A DNA stretch of 62,000 nucleotides from NCBI RefSeq assembly GCF_000400465.1, contig NW_008806280.1:82001-144000 (forward strand), read 5' to 3'. Made by a program: the position numbers and the translations under genes. Origin of the DNA: Wallemia ichthyophaga EXF-994. Its lineage: Eukaryota; Fungi; Basidiomycota. Of the stretch, positions 58,795 through 62,000 are shown piece after piece. The notes under the pieces are model-generated. The model was given only the letters and a program-made list of their open reading frames with translations, was not told the origin of the DNA and ran no database searches. Every line of letters starts with the position of its first letter. Within the stretch, counting starts at the first letter, position 1.

Positions 58795-61700
58795 TCAGGT
58801 GAATGGATTAGGATGTACTCGTTCCTTGGCGAGTTGGTCGAGTTGTCGTCTATACTCCCTGTCCTCTTCCTCTTGTCGTTGCTGAGCGAATATTAGTAAA
58901 CTATAATGGTATTCAAGACGACACTAACCAATCGTTCAGCAGCTTGTTGTTCTCTGTGTTGCTCACGCAGCCTTTCGCGCTCGTCTATATAAGTAAGAAA
59001 CCCAGTCTTAGATCTTGACTCAGTCGTGAGATGTATGTCAGTTGGTTGAGTTTCCGTGTATTGCTCTCTTGCCGCTTTCTTCCGTCTCTCAAACTGCTCT
59101 TTAGACTCTGCGTGCAACTCCTTAAAGTTTGGCATCTCAGTACTGCGAAACTCTTTCTGATCCTTCTCGAACTGTCGCCATTGTTTGACTCTACTTTGAA
59201 ATCGTTCAGAATGTAACTGATGCCTATGATCTGAGTGAAGACCAATTGTGTTTTGCTCAATGTTAGTTATAAGATTGGGCGTCATAGATCGTCTCTTTTT
59301 CTCCCGCTGCTCTTCTAGTCGTCTTATAGACTCTAGACGATGTGTCTTGTTGGGTGATGGGAAGACGTGATTGCGTTTGCGACGCTTGCTGGGTGAGAGA
59401 AGAGATGCAGATGTAGATGGAGCAGCACGTTTTAACGTCGAAGCATATTCTTGTTGCCGCTCTCGCGCAGTCTTGCCATCTACTTTGAGAGGACTGTTAC
59501 TTGACATAGTGGGTATAATACGCCGAGAGCGTGTATTCCTGTTAATGAACGGCGAAGACTGATGTGATTTCTGAGCGACTGTTAGTGTGATGTGTAGTGT
59601 AGAGTATTGCTTACTTTGATTGGTGATTTAGTCTTACGTGCACGTGGACCACCTGTAGCGAAATTGAATGCAACTGGTACAGTTGTCTTGTTTTGGCTTC
59701 TTTGAGCGTCTCGTTGGCGTCTGGCGAAGAGATCGTCTTTGTTGGTAGGAGATGGTGGCCGAGGCGCATCTGTAGCCTTTCGCTTCCCTTTGTTGGAAGA
59801 TATGGATTTTGTGTCATTTGGTGCGGATCGTGAATTATTCTTGCTTTTAGTAGCTTGACGTGATTCTCTGTCTATGCGTGTCGCTCTCCGATTCCCGTTA
59901 CTGGAACTAGCGCCATTCTCCTCCGCCTCGTCGATAAGTATACCAAGCTGGGCCATGACTTCTTCGCGCTCTATATGCTCCTTAGAAAGTCTATACTCCT
60001 CTTCACGAGTAGATTTCTCCAACTCTTCCGCTCTCTCACGCGCGAGCTCAACGCCTCTCGCCTTTTGCTTTGCTACCTTAGCCTCGCGTTTTTTGCCAGC
60101 ATCGCCGCGCTCGTGCGTTTGCTGCTGCTGTTGATTTCTCCGGAGCTGCTCACGTCGATTCTTTTGTTCTTCCTCGACAGTCACTGCTTCCCTCTGTGAG
60201 CGATTTTCTTCACGTTTCTTCACCAGCTCTTCGCGCTCCAATTTAGTTTTCTCTTCCTGCCTCTTCCTCCTCTCCTGCTCGCGTGTGGCACGCTCTTTGG
60301 AAAGCCTAGCAGCCTCTTCTTCACGCTTTTTGGAGAGCACAGCCTCCTCTCTTTCTTTGCGCTCCTGCCTTTGTCTTATGCCGTGTTGCTTAGCTGCGCG
60401 TATAGCCTCTTCTTGGCGATGCTTGGCGGCCTTTGTAGCCTGTTCGCGCTCATTTGCAAGTCTAGCAAAATGCCGTTCTTTTTCTAACCGTGCTTCTTCC
60501 TCTGCCTTCTGTTTGGTGATTCTGGCTTCTTTGTCGGCTTTCTCTTTAGCCAATATGGCGAGATGGCGATCTTTTTCGTCGCGTGCCTTTTTATCTGCTA
60601 TTTCTGTAGCGATTCGAGCCTCTTCATCGGATTTTTCTTTCGCTAGTCTTGCAAGATGACGTTCTCTCTCAATGCGTGCTTCCTCTTCTGCTTTTTGTTC
60701 GGCAATTTGTGCAAGTCTGGCCTGTTCGTCTCTTTCTTTCTCTAGTCTGGCGAGATGACGTTCTCTTTCAATGCGTGCTTCTTCTTCGGCTCTTTCTTGG
60801 GCGATTTGCGCTAGCCTAACTTGTTCATCTCTTTCTTTCGCTAGCCTCGCAAGATGAAGTTCTCTTTCAACGCGTGCATCTTCGTCAGCTTTCTCTTTCG
60901 CTAGTCTCGCAAGATGACGTTCTCTCTCAATGCGTGATTCCTCTTCTGCCTTTTGTTTGGCGATTTGCGCTAGTCTGGCTTCTTCGTCAACCTTTTCTTT
61001 CGCCAATCTGGCGAGATGTCGTTCTTTCTCAAGGTATGCTTCTTTCTCTGCAATTTCTTTAGCGATTCTTGCCTCAAGTTGCTCTTTTTCCTTTCTTTCT
61101 TGATCACGCTGTTTTTTTTCCCTAGCCTCTATCTCACGTTCTTCTTTCTCCTTAGCTTCAGTTTCTCTCTTACGTCTGGTGTCCTCTTTCTTGCGTTCCT
61201 CATTTGCGACTTTCTCAGCTTCGACTTTAGCAGCTTCGACTTTAGCAGCGTGTTCCAATTTAGCTGATCTAGCTTGACGAATTTCTTCTCTCTTTTTAGC
61301 CGCCTCTTCGCGTTTTCTAGCAGCTTCGCGCTGATTAGCGATTCGCTCAGCATCCAAGCGTTGAGCAAGTTCTTTATCTGCCAACTCTTTCTCAGCTTTA
61401 GCATCAGCTTCGATTCTCTCACGATCGATACGTTCAGTTTCGCGACGTTGAGCAGCTTCGACGCGTCTACGCGCTGCGTTATCTCTCTCCTCCTTCTCCT
61501 GTCTTTTACGTTCATTTTCTATACGCTCAGCCTCAGCTCTAGCTGCCATTTCTCGTGCTAGACGTGCCTCTTCACGTCGTCTGTTCGATTCAGCACGCTC
61601 AAGACGGAATTTCTCCTGCTCGGCGCGTGCCGCGTGAGCCTTTTCAGTGGCTATTCGTTGTAGACGGGCTTGTTCAGCAGATGCGTTTGCTTCTTGTTCT

Positions 61701-62000
61701 TTTTCTTTCTCGTCTGCCTGCCTCTGTCGGACTGCTTCTGCATCTGCTTCGGCCTCTTCTGCTGCTAAACGCGCCATATGCTCCTCTTTGGCTTTGCGGA
61801 TAGCGTCTTCTTTGTGTCGAGCTGCAGGTGGGGATTCATTTTCAGACTGCTGATTGATACGCGCTTTGGCAGCGTCGAGTACCAAATCGACGCGACTGGG
61901 GGTGTGTTTGGAGGGAGAAAGGCGTGTAGAGTGGCGCGTGGAAGAAGGTCTATTGACTGGTTGAAAGACATCTGGTCTCTTAACAGGGGATGCATTATTC
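58795..62000 (-). CDS. Large charged-helix protein with C-terminal TPX2-like region; 5' end beyond the window
   Basis: ORF 59582..61885 is open to the window end. It splices (GTAAGC..CTAAC..GCTCAG) in frame into ORF 58893..59507 and then to a last exon ending LAKERVHPNPFT*. FRSTEMPNF and HLTTESRS resemble TPX2-family motifs. Confidence 0.65.
60445..61035 (-). repeat. Seven imperfect coding repeats of E(R/K)ERHLARLAKE(K/R)
   Basis: Seen in the protein and as DNA repeats (ctagtct.gcaagatgacgttctct). Confidence 0.85.

Noticed and set aside
1-62000. Transposon, viral, rRNA, tRNA or CRISPR features
   Set aside because: I saw no transposase, reverse transcriptase, terminal repeats, spaced direct repeats or structural RNA signatures.

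Overview
Very gene-dense fungal genomic DNA with short (~40-60 nt) GT-AG introns and CTAAC/CTGAC branch points. It is most consistent with a compact basidiomycete such as Wallemia; that assignment is inference from compaction, intron style and protein similarity recalled from memory. About 33 mostly housekeeping genes are recognisable: TOM1-type HECT ligase (partial), RAD52, AVL9, ATG5, an Upa2-like PAM2/coiled-coil protein, IML2, folylpolyglutamate synthase, lumazine synthase, TAP42, GSKIP-domain protein, CSM3, BET3, G-protein gamma, a stand-alone GRF zinc-finger protein, CWF18, mitochondrial IF2, RMD1, JIP5, MCM7, RRP9, HCS1, CDC5, SMD2, TFIIIA, myosin-motor chitin synthase, a velvet protein, isocitrate lyase, an SDR, POL5 and a long charged-helix protein with a TPX2-like C-terminus (partial). 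I saw no transposon, rRNA, tRNA or CRISPR feature. Main highlights: (1) extreme promoter compaction, including a divergent RRP9/HCS1 pair whose apparent start codons share one CATG; (2) a 32-bp tandem RMD1-IFM1 junction; (3) an Upa2-like C-terminus (DDGWFYP) resembling both the GWW and PAM2L motifs; (4) a PTS1 carried on a tiny terminal exon of ICL1; (5) a CSRE-like site between ICL1 and the velvet gene; (6) a C/D-box-like element in the only large unexplained gap. All exon models were derived by hand and no database search was run.
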